This document shows positions 10,946 through 21,698 of a DNA stretch of 64,000 bases, in pieces (position 1 is the stretch's first letter; each line of letters opens with the position of its first letter). The notes under the pieces were generated by a model. That model worked only from the letters and a program-made list of their open reading frames with translations, did not search any database and was not told the origin of the DNA. Source of the stretch: Paramoeba atlantica (lineage: Eukaryota; Protista; Discosea); NCBI GenBank assembly GCA_977017575.1, contig CDRNVI010000014.1:62001-126000 (forward strand), read 5' to 3'. The position numbers and the translations under genes are program-made.

Positions 10946-11677
10946 TTATCCGATAACGCGGATATCAGTATTCCACGCAAAAATCCTGTGTCGGACGTTC
11001 TTCGGGAGATCTGAACTCTTAAATGAGCCACAAAGGTCTCGATTATCGGCGAGGTGCAAACTGCGCAGAGTTGATGGGAGACGAGTTAAGTCAACGACAC
11101 CTGAGAACTGGTTTCGGTCCAGAGACAATAACGTCATGCTCTTGGGTAATGCCGTTAAGTCTGGGAGCCCAGTGAGCAAGTTTCCACTTAGACACAATTC
11201 GTACAACTGCGCTGGGAGTACGCTGAGAGATACTTCACCTGTAAATTCATTGTTACTTAAATTTAGGTGTGTCATGCTCTCTGGAAGAGAGGTTAAATCA
11301 AGTCTTTTGCAATAGCAATTGTCGGAGAGATTTAATGTCTGAATCCCACGTAGACGCTCAAAGGGTATTTCTCCGGTTAGTTGGTTGTTTGATGCATCGA
11401 ACACAGAAAGTGTATGGGGGAGATATTCGAAAAACAATATTCCAGACAGCTTTGGCATAATTGACACGTACGCCCGCTTTTGCCACCGTATTTCAACTAC
11501 CTCCCCGTCTGCGTTACACACGACTCCCTCCCACTTGCAGGCCGAAGTGTCTGTGTTCCACGAAGAATGCGGATTTTCAATGCCCGAGATAAGTCGCGCG
11601 AGTTCGAATTCGGAAGGCAGATGTGCTATTCCTACTCTTGCGGCCCGAGACTTGTAGCCGGAAGGAGCCACGTCCAT
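10946..11677 (-). CDS. LRR protein C (copy 1)
   Basis: LPSEFEL...WNTDTSACKWEGVVC cap plus LRRs. The ATG at 11677 follows a polypyrimidine tract and CAG. Confidence 0.85.
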   Translation of the reverse strand: MDVAPSGYKSRAARVGIAHLPSEFELARLISGIENPHSSWNTDTSACKWEGVVCNADGEVVEIRWQKRAYVSIMPKLSGILFFEYLPHTLSVFDASNNQLTGEIPFERLRGIQTLNLSDNCYCKRLDLTSLPESMTHLNLSNNEFTGEVSLSVLPAQLYELCLSGNLLTGLPDLTALPKSMTLLSLDRNQFSGVVDLTRLPSTLRSLHLADNRDLCGSFKSSDLPKNVRHRIFAWNTDIRVIG

Positions 11678-11783
11678 AGAAGCCTGTGAAAAAAATAGTA
11701 AAAAGAAATTATTTTTTCGATGAGTTGAAATTACCACATGATGTTTGATCGGTAGTAATTTACTACATTTTGGTTACGGATTA

Positions 11784-12080
11784 CTACACGCGTCGATTAC
11801 TATATGCGTCTTGTAGGAGTGTGGAGCCGCTGTTTCGGACGTGGTTGAGGCCGGTAAAGAAGGACTGATGCGACATAAAGACAAGATGCGACGTGATGTT
11901 GAAAGAAACTGTAAAAACATACGTTGCCGTATTAATTAAGACGAATAAACTTACGGGCTGAAATGAGCGGAAAACATCGAGAACTTGCAGACCTGAAAAA
12001 TATTGAAGGGCAAAGTGGTGCCGCAATCCCCCTAAGCTCCCTTGTACGAAATATGTGTCGGAAAGTAGAGACGATGACAC
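11784..12080 (-). CDS. Possible small hypothetical protein (duplicate at 17579-17875)
   Basis: 98-aa ORF on the host-gene strand with a non-ATG start and no recognisable motif. Confidence 0.2.
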   Translation of the reverse strand: MSSSLLSDTYFVQGSLGGLRHHFALQYFSGLQVLDVFRSFQPVSLFVLINTATYVFTVSFNITSHLVFMSHQSFFTGLNHVRNSGSTLLQDAYSNRRV

Positions 12081-12283
12081 TACAACGATGAGCTACAACT
12101 CTTGATTTGTAATTTTCATCGAAAAAAATGAGACATAAAAAATGACACATATTAAGTGGGGAGGGGTAGTCGAATGAAAGGAACCGTAGTCGAATGAAAA
12201 GCCAAAAAGTGAAAAATAAGAGGGGCACATTATTTATGGCTAAAAAAGTTACTTTCCTTTTTAGTTACTTTCCCAAAATTAGT

Positions 12284-12923
12284 CTATTCATCAAAAAAAG
12301 AAATCCTCGTGTTTTCAACGGAAAACGGGCGTAAAGCCTGTGGAAGTTGTGATCTTTTCACTACACAACTTAGCGCTTCGTTGTTTCTTAGTGTTATACG
12401 AGTCAGTGATGGGGGAAGAAGAGCTAAGTTGATATCACCAGAAAAATGGTTATTATTCAGTCTTGACACCTGTATTCGGGAGTAAAGTCAAATCAAGACC
12501 CCCTGTAAAAGTATTTGCGGTGAGTTCAAGTTGTAGAAGCAACGTAGGAAGCGCATTCAACGTAATGTCTCCCTCAAAACCATTGTCACTCAAAAGAAGA
12601 TATTTCATGCTCACGGGTACACTAGTTAAATCGATTCTCCCGTTAAAATTGTTAGCCACGAGATTCAACCGCTTTAGAGCGGAATATAGTACACCCACTG
12701 GTACTTCTCCCTCTAAGGAATTGTTGCTCGCATCAAACATCTCAACAGAGGGTAGAAGATGAGAAAAAGATAGCGTTCCATGGAATTCCGTGGACCAACT
12801 CGTCTGTTAACGCATTGAATACCAAACCACATGCATGCCGGAATTTACTTTACCGGCTCTTACTTTACCGGCGCGCGTAGTATGCGTTGTTGGAGTGTCG
12901 GCAAAGTAGACGTTTGAAAGCAT
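12284..12923 (-). pseudogene. LRR paralogue D (copy 1), frameshifted and internally deleted
   Basis: MLSNVYFADTPTTHTTRAGKV start, then a deletion, then LRR fragments in different frames (12453-12740, 12284-12469). Confidence 0.8.
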
Positions 12924-13253
12924 GAATTTAAAAGATACAAAACGTTTTTGACAAAAACGTTTAAAAAAACCGAGGTTTACATAACCTGCAAGAAAAAAGA
13001 TGCAAATTTCAGATTAAAACAAATTAAAACAGAACACCAAAAAATTGAATAGTGTTTGTTAAGGACAAATATCCTATGCACATGTTAGACTACTGAAATA
13101 AGTCCACTATTCGAGTCTTCGTTCCTTCTACTCATGGACAAAACTACAAGAACAAAGTGGATAAAAGCACTCGAAGCCTAGAGAAAAATATTTCCCTAGG
13201 TTGGATATTTTCCTTGTCACGTCGAAACGCACACGTTGGTTGCCCTCTCTTTG

Positions 13254-13389
13254 CTACCATCCGGAGTCTTCCACCAAACCAGTTTTTTCTACATTTTCAT
13301 CCTCCGTCTCCTCCTTCCATGGCGTTCGCTCCACATTCGTACTTTCGAAAGCGCAAGAGTGGTAATTGTTCTCGTCCCTAAATCCGGGA
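13254..13389 (-). pseudogene. Duplicated 3' end of the HhH-SAP-PADR1 gene
   Basis: PGFRDENNYHSCAFESTNVERTPWKEE...DSGW matches the C-terminus of 20181-21143. Confidence 0.9.
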
Positions 13390-13660
13390 AGACTATAATC
13401 TAATAAGTCTAGTATTAGACTCGCCGTGCCATCCTGTGCCATTTCGTGTCATCCTGTGCCATTCACAGGGAGGGTAAACTTACACAGTGTACAATGACTG
13501 GAATTGAGAGTAATGCTGACCTAAAAGCTCGAATTGCGAACCTCTCGGAGGTTGAAAGTGAAAAGGCGATTTATGAGGTTGTTTTAGCTTCAACCAAGAG
13601 GGTTTTCACGAAACGTGTTAACGTATTTACCCCCCGAAGCTGATTATCACATAAAAAGAG

Positions 13661-14098
13661 CTAGGAGCAAAAGTCGATGAAATCCTGGAACGCATTCATC
13701 GCACCATGGATAGTTTCCTTCACGGGGGCCGTTCCGTTTGTGGCATAGACATTACGCCACAGATGCTGGAGCGTACCATTCTTCACATCGTAGATCGCCG
13801 CGGGCATCTGCTTATGGACGTTCGGTCGCGCGCCGTCTACTTTGTTGGAGAAGCTGCCCAGGATCTCCAAAGCTTCCTGGAACTCAGCCCGATGTATGCA
13901 CCTCGACGGATCAAAGATGATGTTCAGATAGTATCTGTGTTGGCGTACGGACTGTTGGCTGTAGACCCGCAGTACAACTTTGATACTGGGGTGAATGCGT
14001 CTCTCCGAAAGATTGACCATTCGAATAAATGTTGGTGCAGTGGGGGATGCGAAGTTGTCGAGAAGACTGGTGCAAGTCGCGACTTGCTCAAGGAACAC
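13661..14098 (-). CDS. Hypothetical protein, 145 aa
   Basis: ATG-initiated on the host-gene strand, preceded by pyrimidine-rich ...TTTTCTAG. No domain recognised. Confidence 0.5.
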   Translation of the reverse strand: MFLEQVATCTSLLDNFASPTAPTFIRMVNLSERRIHPSIKVVLRVYSQQSVRQHRYYLNIIFDPSRCIHRAEFQEALEILGSFSNKVDGARPNVHKQMPAAIYDVKNGTLQHLWRNVYATNGTAPVKETIHGAMNAFQDFIDFCS

Positions 14099-14266
14099 AT
14101 AAATTATGCGCCCTACGAACCTAGAAAACCGCGGTAGCGAAAGAAGTAAATTGGTTTAGTTTTATTGGTCTTTTAATATCAGTCTTGGTCTGTGTTCAAC
14201 TTCGCTCTATTTATTGCAATTGAAATTGCGTAGACGAAATTGCGATTGAAATTGCTTAGACGTATA

Positions 14267-14621
14267 CTCCCCCTTCATTAATAATGATAATCTTAAAAAA
14301 CTTAGCATTCTATGTGGTGAAGACTCTTAAAAAATTATCAACTTATTTTCATTCAAGCAGGATTTTCTTACAAAAAGTTTGGTAGCTTAAAAAAAAACGT
14401 CTTTTGAACTAAAAAGCTACTGGTAAGTTTTCAAAAACGGCCCAGATTGGGGTTAAAATTTCGCATTTTTGGGTTGAAAATCGTGTGTTTTTGTCGAAAA
14501 CTATGTACTCCACCTGCCATTAATAATGATAATGATAATAATCTGAAAAAAATCTGATAATAATCTCAAAAAAATTATCTTTCTTGAGGAATATCATTAT
14601 CATTATTAATGACAGGGGGAG
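14267..14621. mobile_element. Stowaway/mariner-like MITE with a nested second left end
   Basis: TA|CTCCCCCTTCATTAATAATGATAAT (14267) and TA|CTCCACCTGCCATTAATAATGATAATGAT (14508) both pair with ATCATTATCATTATTAATGACAGGGGGAG|TA (to 14621). Confidence 0.75.
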
Positions 14622-14770
14622 TACTATAAAGGAAAACTATTTGACAATCTCTAAAATATCATTATACCCTTTTACAACTACGAGACCTCGCGAGACTGCG
14701 CCGAGACCTCGTGAGACCGTGCGAGACTGCGGTTAACGTCACCCGCAGCCCCTCATATGTATGTACGTTA

Positions 14771-15060
14771 TATGGCGGTGGTTGCATAACTACCGCTCTA
14801 CCCTCGAATATTGAAAAAAAGGTGAACAAAAACAGTGAAAATATAAAGAGGAACACAGTAATATAATAGAAGAAAAAAATATAAAAGGGGGCCCCGGTGG
14901 TCCAAAACTAAAAAAATTGAAAAAATGGGGGGTCTAGGGGGGGGGGCACGCGTCGCGATTTGTTTTTCCAATTTTTTGCTTTTCAAAACCGAGCGCGGGG
15001 AAGTGGTAGAGTATGCCGCGGCGATGATTTTCCACCCCCACACCTGGGGCCTCCGCACAT
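14771..15060 (-). mobile_element. Hairpin-ended family, partial copy (small-hairpin end)
   Basis: GCGGTGGTTGCATAACTACCGC hairpin plus ~170-bp AT-rich body and a GC core shared with 26040-26219, 49675-50007 and 63871-64000. Confidence 0.8.
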
Positions 15061-15590
15061 CATTGGATCTACCAAATCGGATGTCACCACAGCAGCAAGC
15101 ACTTTGGAATATTTTGTCTGTTCGGATGGATGACGGTGCACAACGTGAGAGAATATCGAACGAGAACATAAAAAATTGGCCGAAATACTGTCGACCAAAT
15201 TCGAATACAATTCGAATACTGTAGTACAAGGTATTTGCCGCGGTGAAGATGCGCGATACGTCTGAATGCAGTATGTGGCACAACGAAATATGCAAGGTAG
15301 GTTGGGAAATGTTATTGGACAAAGTGTAAATTATCGCGGAGGATACAGTGGACGTGGTACAGGAAGAGAACGCTACGCCGAACGAAATTTTAGCCGTGGA
15401 CACAGCTTACCGCGCCGTTTACCCTCGACTTATCAACCGCGACAACCAGATCATAAACGAAGTCGATCGTACTCGAAAGCCGGAGTTAGGGCCCGTCTTT
15501 CAACACCCCCACACTGTGGAATTTCGGGGGCGGGGGATCGGAGATCAACATTGACTGAAGGGAGTCCACCCCCAGAAAGGCAAGCACATA

Positions 15591-15680
15591 CAGGGGTGTG
15601 GGTTTAAAAGTGGGGGGTGTAAAAGTTAATTCGTAAAAGTTGTCGAATTTTGGAAAGCAATACCGCATTGGAGATCTCTC
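15591..15680. mobile_element. Isolated TIR-like end related to the CAGGGGTG Tc1 family
   Basis: TA|CAGGGGTG followed by sequence resembling 50690-50760 and 56278-56377. Confidence 0.4.
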
Positions 15681-15867
15681 ACAAAGTTGTATGCTTTAAG
15701 TGCATTAGAGTCCCGTGATTTTGACCTGCATATTTTTTGATACCATTTTCGTTTTTTTCCCTTGCAGAAATTGCGAGGGAAGTTTTTAAACCATTGTCCA
15801 GTTTAGCACACCTCCCGGTATGTGGTTTATAACCACATCTATAAAGAGGGCTTAAGAATGATGAACT

Positions 15868-16503
15868 TTATAAGGAAACAAAAGACGGAATATCAGATAT
15901 AGCATGTAGCTGATTTCTACTGATATCGATAACTTTTGGTTGAACAAACATTCTAGAAAAATCTACGGGACCTTCAAATTCATTCCGGCTCAAAATTAGA
16001 CGAGATAGATTTTTAGGGAGGGACGTGAACTCCAGCGTGCCGCTAAACTGATTTCCTCTGAGATTTACATACGTTAGAGAAGGAGGTAGCACTGTTAGAT
16101 CGATGGGACAAAAAAGATTACAACGTATTATTTGAAAAAAATGAAGTAGAGAAGGGAGGTCCGACATTGGTAGCGTGCCTGTAATTCGTGGTTGGTCCCT
16201 CACCACAAAAGATTGAGTGATATCTGGTATATGGATCCATGCGAATGTACCGGAATACTTATCCACATCATCATGCGCATTATCATAAAGCCCAGTGGAA
16301 CCTACGGCAATGTACATCCTTTCATTTTCATCACAGTCGACTACACTCCATTCACATGCCCTCGTTTCAGTTGTCCATGATTCGTCGGGATTAGAAATAT
16401 TTGACATAAGTCGTACCATACTGTATTCCTGCGGGAGAAAAGCACCTCGCACTTTGGCAGGACGAGTAATACCTGTGTCGCTACTGAAGAAAGATAAAAA
16501 CAA
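15868..16503 (-). CDS. LRR protein B (no in-frame ATG before the cap-proximal Met; may be a pseudogene)
   Basis: PAKVRGAFLPQEY...WTTETRACEWSVVDC cap plus LRRs, with a complete 3' end. Confidence 0.7.
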   Translation of the reverse strand: MFLSFFSSDTGITRPAKVRGAFLPQEYSMVRLMSNISNPDESWTTETRACEWSVVDCDENERMYIAVGSTGLYDNAHDDVDKYSGTFAWIHIPDITQSFVVRDQPRITGTLPMSDLPSLLHFFQIIRCNLFCPIDLTVLPPSLTYVNLRGNQFSGTLEFTSLPKNLSRLILSRNEFEGPVDFSRMFVQPKVIDISRNQLHAISDIPSFVSL

Positions 16504-16740
16504 TATATAATAGCAAATGATGATATTTTAGACTAAGGAAATCTAGGAAAAATCTAATTCACAGGTGATAGAAAAAAATCTTTTGAACTACTGTCACATG
16601 TACATTACATAGTGCTGCGGTTTTTAACCAAACGGCAGGAACGAGGAGATTTGAAGATCACCACTCTAGGCTCCACATGTTGGTTACATTGAATGATTGC
16701 GCTACTGTAAATTAACTCATAATGTTTTATTAATAAAGAA

Positions 16741-17472
16741 TTAGCCGATAACGCGGATATCAGTATTCCACGCAAAAATCCTGTGTCGGACGTTCTTCGG
16801 GAGATCTGAACTCTTAAATGAGCCACAAAGGTCTCGATTATCGGCGAGGTGCAAACTGCGCAGAGTTGATGGGAGACGAGTTAAGTCAACGACACCTGAG
16901 AACTGGTTTCGGTCCAGAGACAATAACGTCATGCTCTTGGGTAATGCCGTTAAGTCTGGGAGCCCAGTGAGCAAGTTTCCACTTAGACACAATTCGTACA
17001 ACTGCGCTGGGAGTACGCTGAGAGATACTTCACCTGTAAATTCATTGTTACTTAAATTTAGGTGTGTCATGCTCTCTGGAAGAGAGGTTAAATCAAGTCT
17101 TTTGCAATAGCAATTGTCGGAGAGATTTAATGTCTGAATCCCACGTAGACGCTCAAAGGGTATTTCTCCGGTTAGTTGGTTGTTTGATGCATCGAACACA
17201 GAAAGTGTATGGGGGAGATATTCGAAAAACAATATTCCAGACAGCTTTGGCATAATTGACACGTACGCCCGCTTTTGCCACCGTATTTCAACTACCTCCC
17301 CGTCTGCGTTACACACGACTCCCTCCCACTTGCAGGCCGAAGTGTCTGTGTTCCACGAAGAATGCGGATTTTCAATGCCCGAGATAAGTCGCGCGAGTTC
17401 GAATTCGGAAGGCAGATGTGCTATTCCTACTCTTGCGGCCCGAGACTTGTAGCCGGAAGGAGCCACGTCCAT
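16741..17472 (-). CDS. LRR protein C (copy 2)
   Basis: Protein identical to the 10946-11677 copy. Confidence 0.85.
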   Translation of the reverse strand: MDVAPSGYKSRAARVGIAHLPSEFELARLISGIENPHSSWNTDTSACKWEGVVCNADGEVVEIRWQKRAYVSIMPKLSGILFFEYLPHTLSVFDASNNQLTGEIPFERLRGIQTLNLSDNCYCKRLDLTSLPESMTHLNLSNNEFTGEVSLSVLPAQLYELCLSGNLLTGLPDLTALPKSMTLLSLDRNQFSGVVDLTRLPSTLRSLHLADNRDLCGSFKSSDLPKNVRHRIFAWNTDIRVIG

Positions 17473-18078
17473 AGAAGCCTGTGAAAAAAATAGTAAAAAG
17501 AAAATATTTTTTCGATGAGTTGAAATTACCACATGATGTTTGATCGGTAGTAATTTACTACATTTTGGTTACGGATTACTACACGCGTCGATTACTATAT
17601 GCGTCTTGTAGGAGTGTGGAGCCGCTGTTTCGGACGTGGTTGAGGCCGGTAAAGAAGGACTGATGCGACATAAAGACAAGATGCGACGTGATGTTGAAAG
17701 AAACTGTAAAAACATACGTTGCCGTATTAATTAAGACGAATAAATTTACGGGCTGAAATGAGCGGAAAACATCGAGAACTTGCAGACCTGAAAAATATTG
17801 AAGGGCAAAGTGGTGCCGCAATCCCCCTAAGCTCCCTTGTACGAAATATGTGTCGGAAAGTAGAGACGATGACACTACAACGATGAGCTACAACTCTTGA
17901 TTTGTAATTTTCATCGAAAAAAATGAGACATAAAAAATGACACATATTAAGTGGGGAGGGGTAGTCGAATGAAAGGAACCGTAGTCGAATGAAAAGCCAA
18001 AAAGTGAAAAATAAGAGGGGCACATTATTTATGGCTAAAAAAGTTACTTTCCTTTTTAGTTACTTTCCCAAAATTAGT

Positions 18079-19850
18079 CTATTCATCAAAAAAAGAAATC
18101 CTCGTGTTTTCAACGGAAAACGGGCGTAAAGCCTGTGGAAGTTGTGATCTTTTCACTACACAACTTAGCGCTTCGTTGTTTCTTAGTGTTATACGAGTCA
18201 GTGATGGGGGAAGAAGAGCTAAGTTGATATCACCAGAAAAATGGTTATTATTCAGTCTTGACACCTGTATTCGGGAGTAAAGTCAAATCAAGACCCCCTG
18301 TAAAAGTATTTGCGGTGAGTTCAAGTTGTAGAAGCAACGTAGGAAGCGCATTCAACGTAATGTCTCCCTCAAAACCATTGTCACTCAAAAGAAGATATTT
18401 CATGCTCACGGGTACACTAGTTAAATCGATTCTCCCGTTAAAATTGTTAGCCACGAGATTCAACCGCTTTAGAGCGGAATATAGTACACCCACTGGTACT
18501 TCTCCCTCTAAGGAATTGTTGCTCACATCAAACATCTCAACAGAGGGTAGAAGATGAGAAAAAGATAGCGTTCCATGGAATTTCGAGTTCGTAAATCGAG
18601 CGACGGTGGACCAACTCGTCTGTTAACGCATTGAATACCAAACCACATGCATGCCGGAATTTCAACGGACCATGAATGGTGTGTGTAAGTTACAGTAAAC
18701 GTCACTATTCTGAGAGTCGCTAAAAATGAGAATTGGGCTGTCAACGTACAACTGACTAAAATGAGAATGCACCTTAGAAAATGAGAATGGAGCTTCGGTC
18801 ATGTGTCAACGTTCAATTCAATTTTACACTCAAAAATGAGAATTGAAAAAAAAACGCTTTCGTTCTCTCACTGATTAACTCACTGCTTCATCTTCACTAA
18901 CTGGAGAGGATGCGAGAGATCGGTGGAAATCACTGGGGATACCGTATACTCCCCCACTAATGGACCCCCCAGTAGCAGAGATTTCGCCATTTTTGGGCCG
19001 ACACACAGTAACAAGGATTTGTCTCGGGAGGGTGGTTGGAGGGGGGGGGTGTCTGGACGGGATGAGGGTGGTTGTGCAGTAGCGAATCGCGTGGTTTCTG
19101 GGTTGGCTGTACAGAAAATCAACGCACTCATGAACGAAAAAGGCCTTTACCCACCGAAAAAGCATACCCCACCCAGTAACAAGGATTTGGCCTTTATGGT
19201 CCAAAATCGATTCTATTACCGGGGGGGGGTATAGGTAGGTGGAGATAGATGGGGGTCACAGAGGATCACTGGAGATCATTTTTATCGTTGTCCCTTCTCT
19301 TCTTCCATTCATGAAAGGCACACAAATGTCTTAGTGAGACCAAAAAAAGAAAAGAAAACACTGATTTAGGTGACTACGAGTAATGAAACTTTGTTTTTCT
19401 GAAAACAAAACGCTAATACACAAAAGGAAAACTTGCGCTGTTTGACTGCGCGGCGTTCTTCTGATAGAGCGGCGACTCCGCAAACCAAGGAGATAGTGGG
19501 AGATCTCTGGGGATCATTTTTGTGCATCCAAAGCGGCCTGTTGCTCCGCTGCTAACATTTTTCTTGCAAAACGTTTTCTTTTTTAAAAATGAGAATTATG
19601 ATTTGACCTCATAAAAAAGTGCCTGTCAACGTTCAACAGACCAATTCTGAGAATAGTGACGAAAAACGACAAAAAAGCCGTTTTTTGTGTGTCAACGTAC
19701 AACTGAACATTCTGAGAATAGTGACGTTTACTGTACGTTATGAAGCATTTTCATAAGCTCATATTCTTGTGGTAGATTCGCACCTCTTACTTTACCGGCG
19801 CGCGTAGTATGCGTTGTTGGAGTGTCGGCAAAGTAGACGTTTGAAAGTAT
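18079..19850 (-). pseudogene. LRR paralogue D (copy 2), split by a MITE and frameshifted
   Basis: Removing 18693-19733 plus one TA restores AGKVRGANLPQEYELMKMLHNVTYTHHSWSVEIPACMWFGIQC. Confidence 0.85.
18693..19733. mobile_element. 1041-bp non-autonomous pogo/Tc1-type element
   Basis: TA|CAGTAAACGTCACTATTCT...AGAATAGTGACGTTTACTG|TA (19-bp perfect TIR). Internal AAAATGAGAAT and GTCAACGT motif repeats. Confidence 0.92.
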
Positions 19851-20180
19851 GAAGCTAAAAGATACGAAACGTTTTTGACAAAAACGTTTAAAAAAACCGA
19901 GGTTTACGTAATCTGCAAGAAAAAAGATGCAAATTTCAGATTAAAACAACTTAAAACAGAACACCAAAAAATTGAATAGTGTTTGTTAAGGACAAATATC
20001 CTATGCACATGTTAGACTACTGAAATAAGTCCACTATTCGAGTCTTCGTTCCTTCTACTCATGGACAAAACTACAAGAATAAAGTGGATAAAAGCACTTG
20101 AAGCCTAGAAAAAAATATTTCCCTAGGTTGGATATTTTCCTTGTCACGTCGAAACGCACACGTTGGTTGCCCTCCCTTTG

Positions 20181-21143
20181 TTACCATCCGGAGTCTTCCA
20201 CCAAACCAATTTTTTCTACATTTTCATCCTCCGTCTCCTCCTTCCATGGCGTTCGCTCCACATTCGTACTTTCGAAAGCGCAAGAGTGGTAATTGTTCTC
20301 GTCCCTAAATCCGGGACAGCTGTAGACACCCGTGCGTAAATCGAATCGTAATTTTCCCATTCCACACAATGGACACAGCGGAAGTGCGCCCAGCACAATT
20401 CCCTGAACCACGCGCTCGACTAACTCGTCCCTGCGGCCCGTAATTTTCTGTGCATTTCGGCGTAACGCAGCTTGCAGTGTTTTCACATTCACAGAGGCCA
20501 GTTGTTTTCTCTGGGCCGCAATTTTACGTTTCTCGGCGACGCTGACACCTTGTTTTTGAGTTTTCTTTTTCTTATTCTTTTTAGGATCCTCACCACGTGA
20601 GAGGGCTTCTTTTTCTTCTTGTTTTGTTTTCTTAAGGTCCTCCTTGTAGTAGCTCGTTTGGTTGTCCCAGAACGCACGCGTATCGGCGTCGACCTCCCCA
20701 AACTCTTCTTCATAGTGTTCGAGAGATTCTGTGGTGCCACGCTCAAGGAATTCATCAATAAGCGCTGCGCTGGCTTTTCCAATGCCTCGAATCGTGGAGG
20801 CTTCCTTGCCACAAGACACAGGCTTCTTCTGGGTGGCTATTAGATCACTCACTTTGGCGTAGGCACGGGAGGGCCACTGGGCATCGGCCTTGGCGGTGTA
20901 GTACGACAGCGCCTTGAAATGCCGGCTGATCGCGAGGTTCGTTTTCAGGGAGGGGGAGAGGGGTTCGCCCGTTGTCGAGACTTCGTTTTTACAGACAGTT
21001 TTGTTCTTTTTAGGTTTGGGTTGCGGTGTGAGATCGGTTTCTAGGATAGATTTGAGTTCGCGAGCTGCCCGTTTCTTTTGGTTGACTTTGACGGCTGCCT
21101 TGACAATATCTGCCGCGGCTTTGGAACGAACTTTCACCCTCAT
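20181..21143 (-). CDS. Protein with a PolX-type 8-kDa HhH domain + SAP-like helix + PADR1 zinc-binding domain, no catalytic domain
   Basis: AYAKVSDLI...IRGIGKASAALIDEFLERG; VKTLQAALRRNAQKITGRRDELVERV; GALPLCPLCGMGKLRFD....YSCPG......C. Confidence 0.85.
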   Translation of the reverse strand: MRVKVRSKAAADIVKAAVKVNQKKRAARELKSILETDLTPQPKPKKNKTVCKNEVSTTGEPLSPSLKTNLAISRHFKALSYYTAKADAQWPSRAYAKVSDLIATQKKPVSCGKEASTIRGIGKASAALIDEFLERGTTESLEHYEEEFGEVDADTRAFWDNQTSYYKEDLKKTKQEEKEALSRGEDPKKNKKKKTQKQGVSVAEKRKIAAQRKQLASVNVKTLQAALRRNAQKITGRRDELVERVVQGIVLGALPLCPLCGMGKLRFDLRTGVYSCPGFRDENNYHSCAFESTNVERTPWKEETEDENVEKIGLVEDSGW

Positions 21144-21698
21144 TACTCTATAATGATTTCTAGAAAAACATAGGGCAACAAATCTAATTTTACGTTGCAA
21201 TGATGAGTAAAGACAGTAAAATTATATCCCTCACTGCAAGAAACGTAGAGTTTTCAAACTAGAATACGTATACTATAAAAAAATCAGGATAGCGTACAAT
21301 GTGATGATGTCATATCCGTGAAGAAACAATGCTGAAAAATAATCTAACAAATATGCATTCAGCGAAATGATCACGATTATTTAGTATGCCAAAATTAATC
21401 TTAATTATCCTTTTTTTACTATGATTATTCTAGCCTACAGTGATCGAAAAATACGAAATTGGGTCCTATATGCTCTGTACCTTTCTCGTCTATTTCATCC
21501 ACTTAAACATGGAATATGTGGAGCAACAACTCTCTTTCATTATACCCGTCTAAACGTCACAAACCAATATCCTTCTATGCGTCTACTTTTCTATGCTTTT
21601 ATGTCTCGGATGATTTTACCCACGTTACGACCAGGCGCAATGCACAGATGAAAAAGGACAGGATCCAAGATAATTCAACCTCCTCCCTTTTCCCCTTC

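Larger units (their letters stand above)
10180..13389. repeat. Segmental copy of 15981-20316 (three LRR genes + 3' end of the PADR1 gene), lacking the MITE region
   Basis: Near-identical text at offsets of ~5800 and ~6930. Both ends fall inside genes. Confidence 0.92.

Noticed and set aside
13706-14137. 143-aa plus-strand ORF fully overlapping 13661-14098
   Set aside because: All host genes are on the minus strand and the minus ORF has an acceptor-like upstream tract. This is most likely an antisense shadow, though neither ORF has a recognisable domain.
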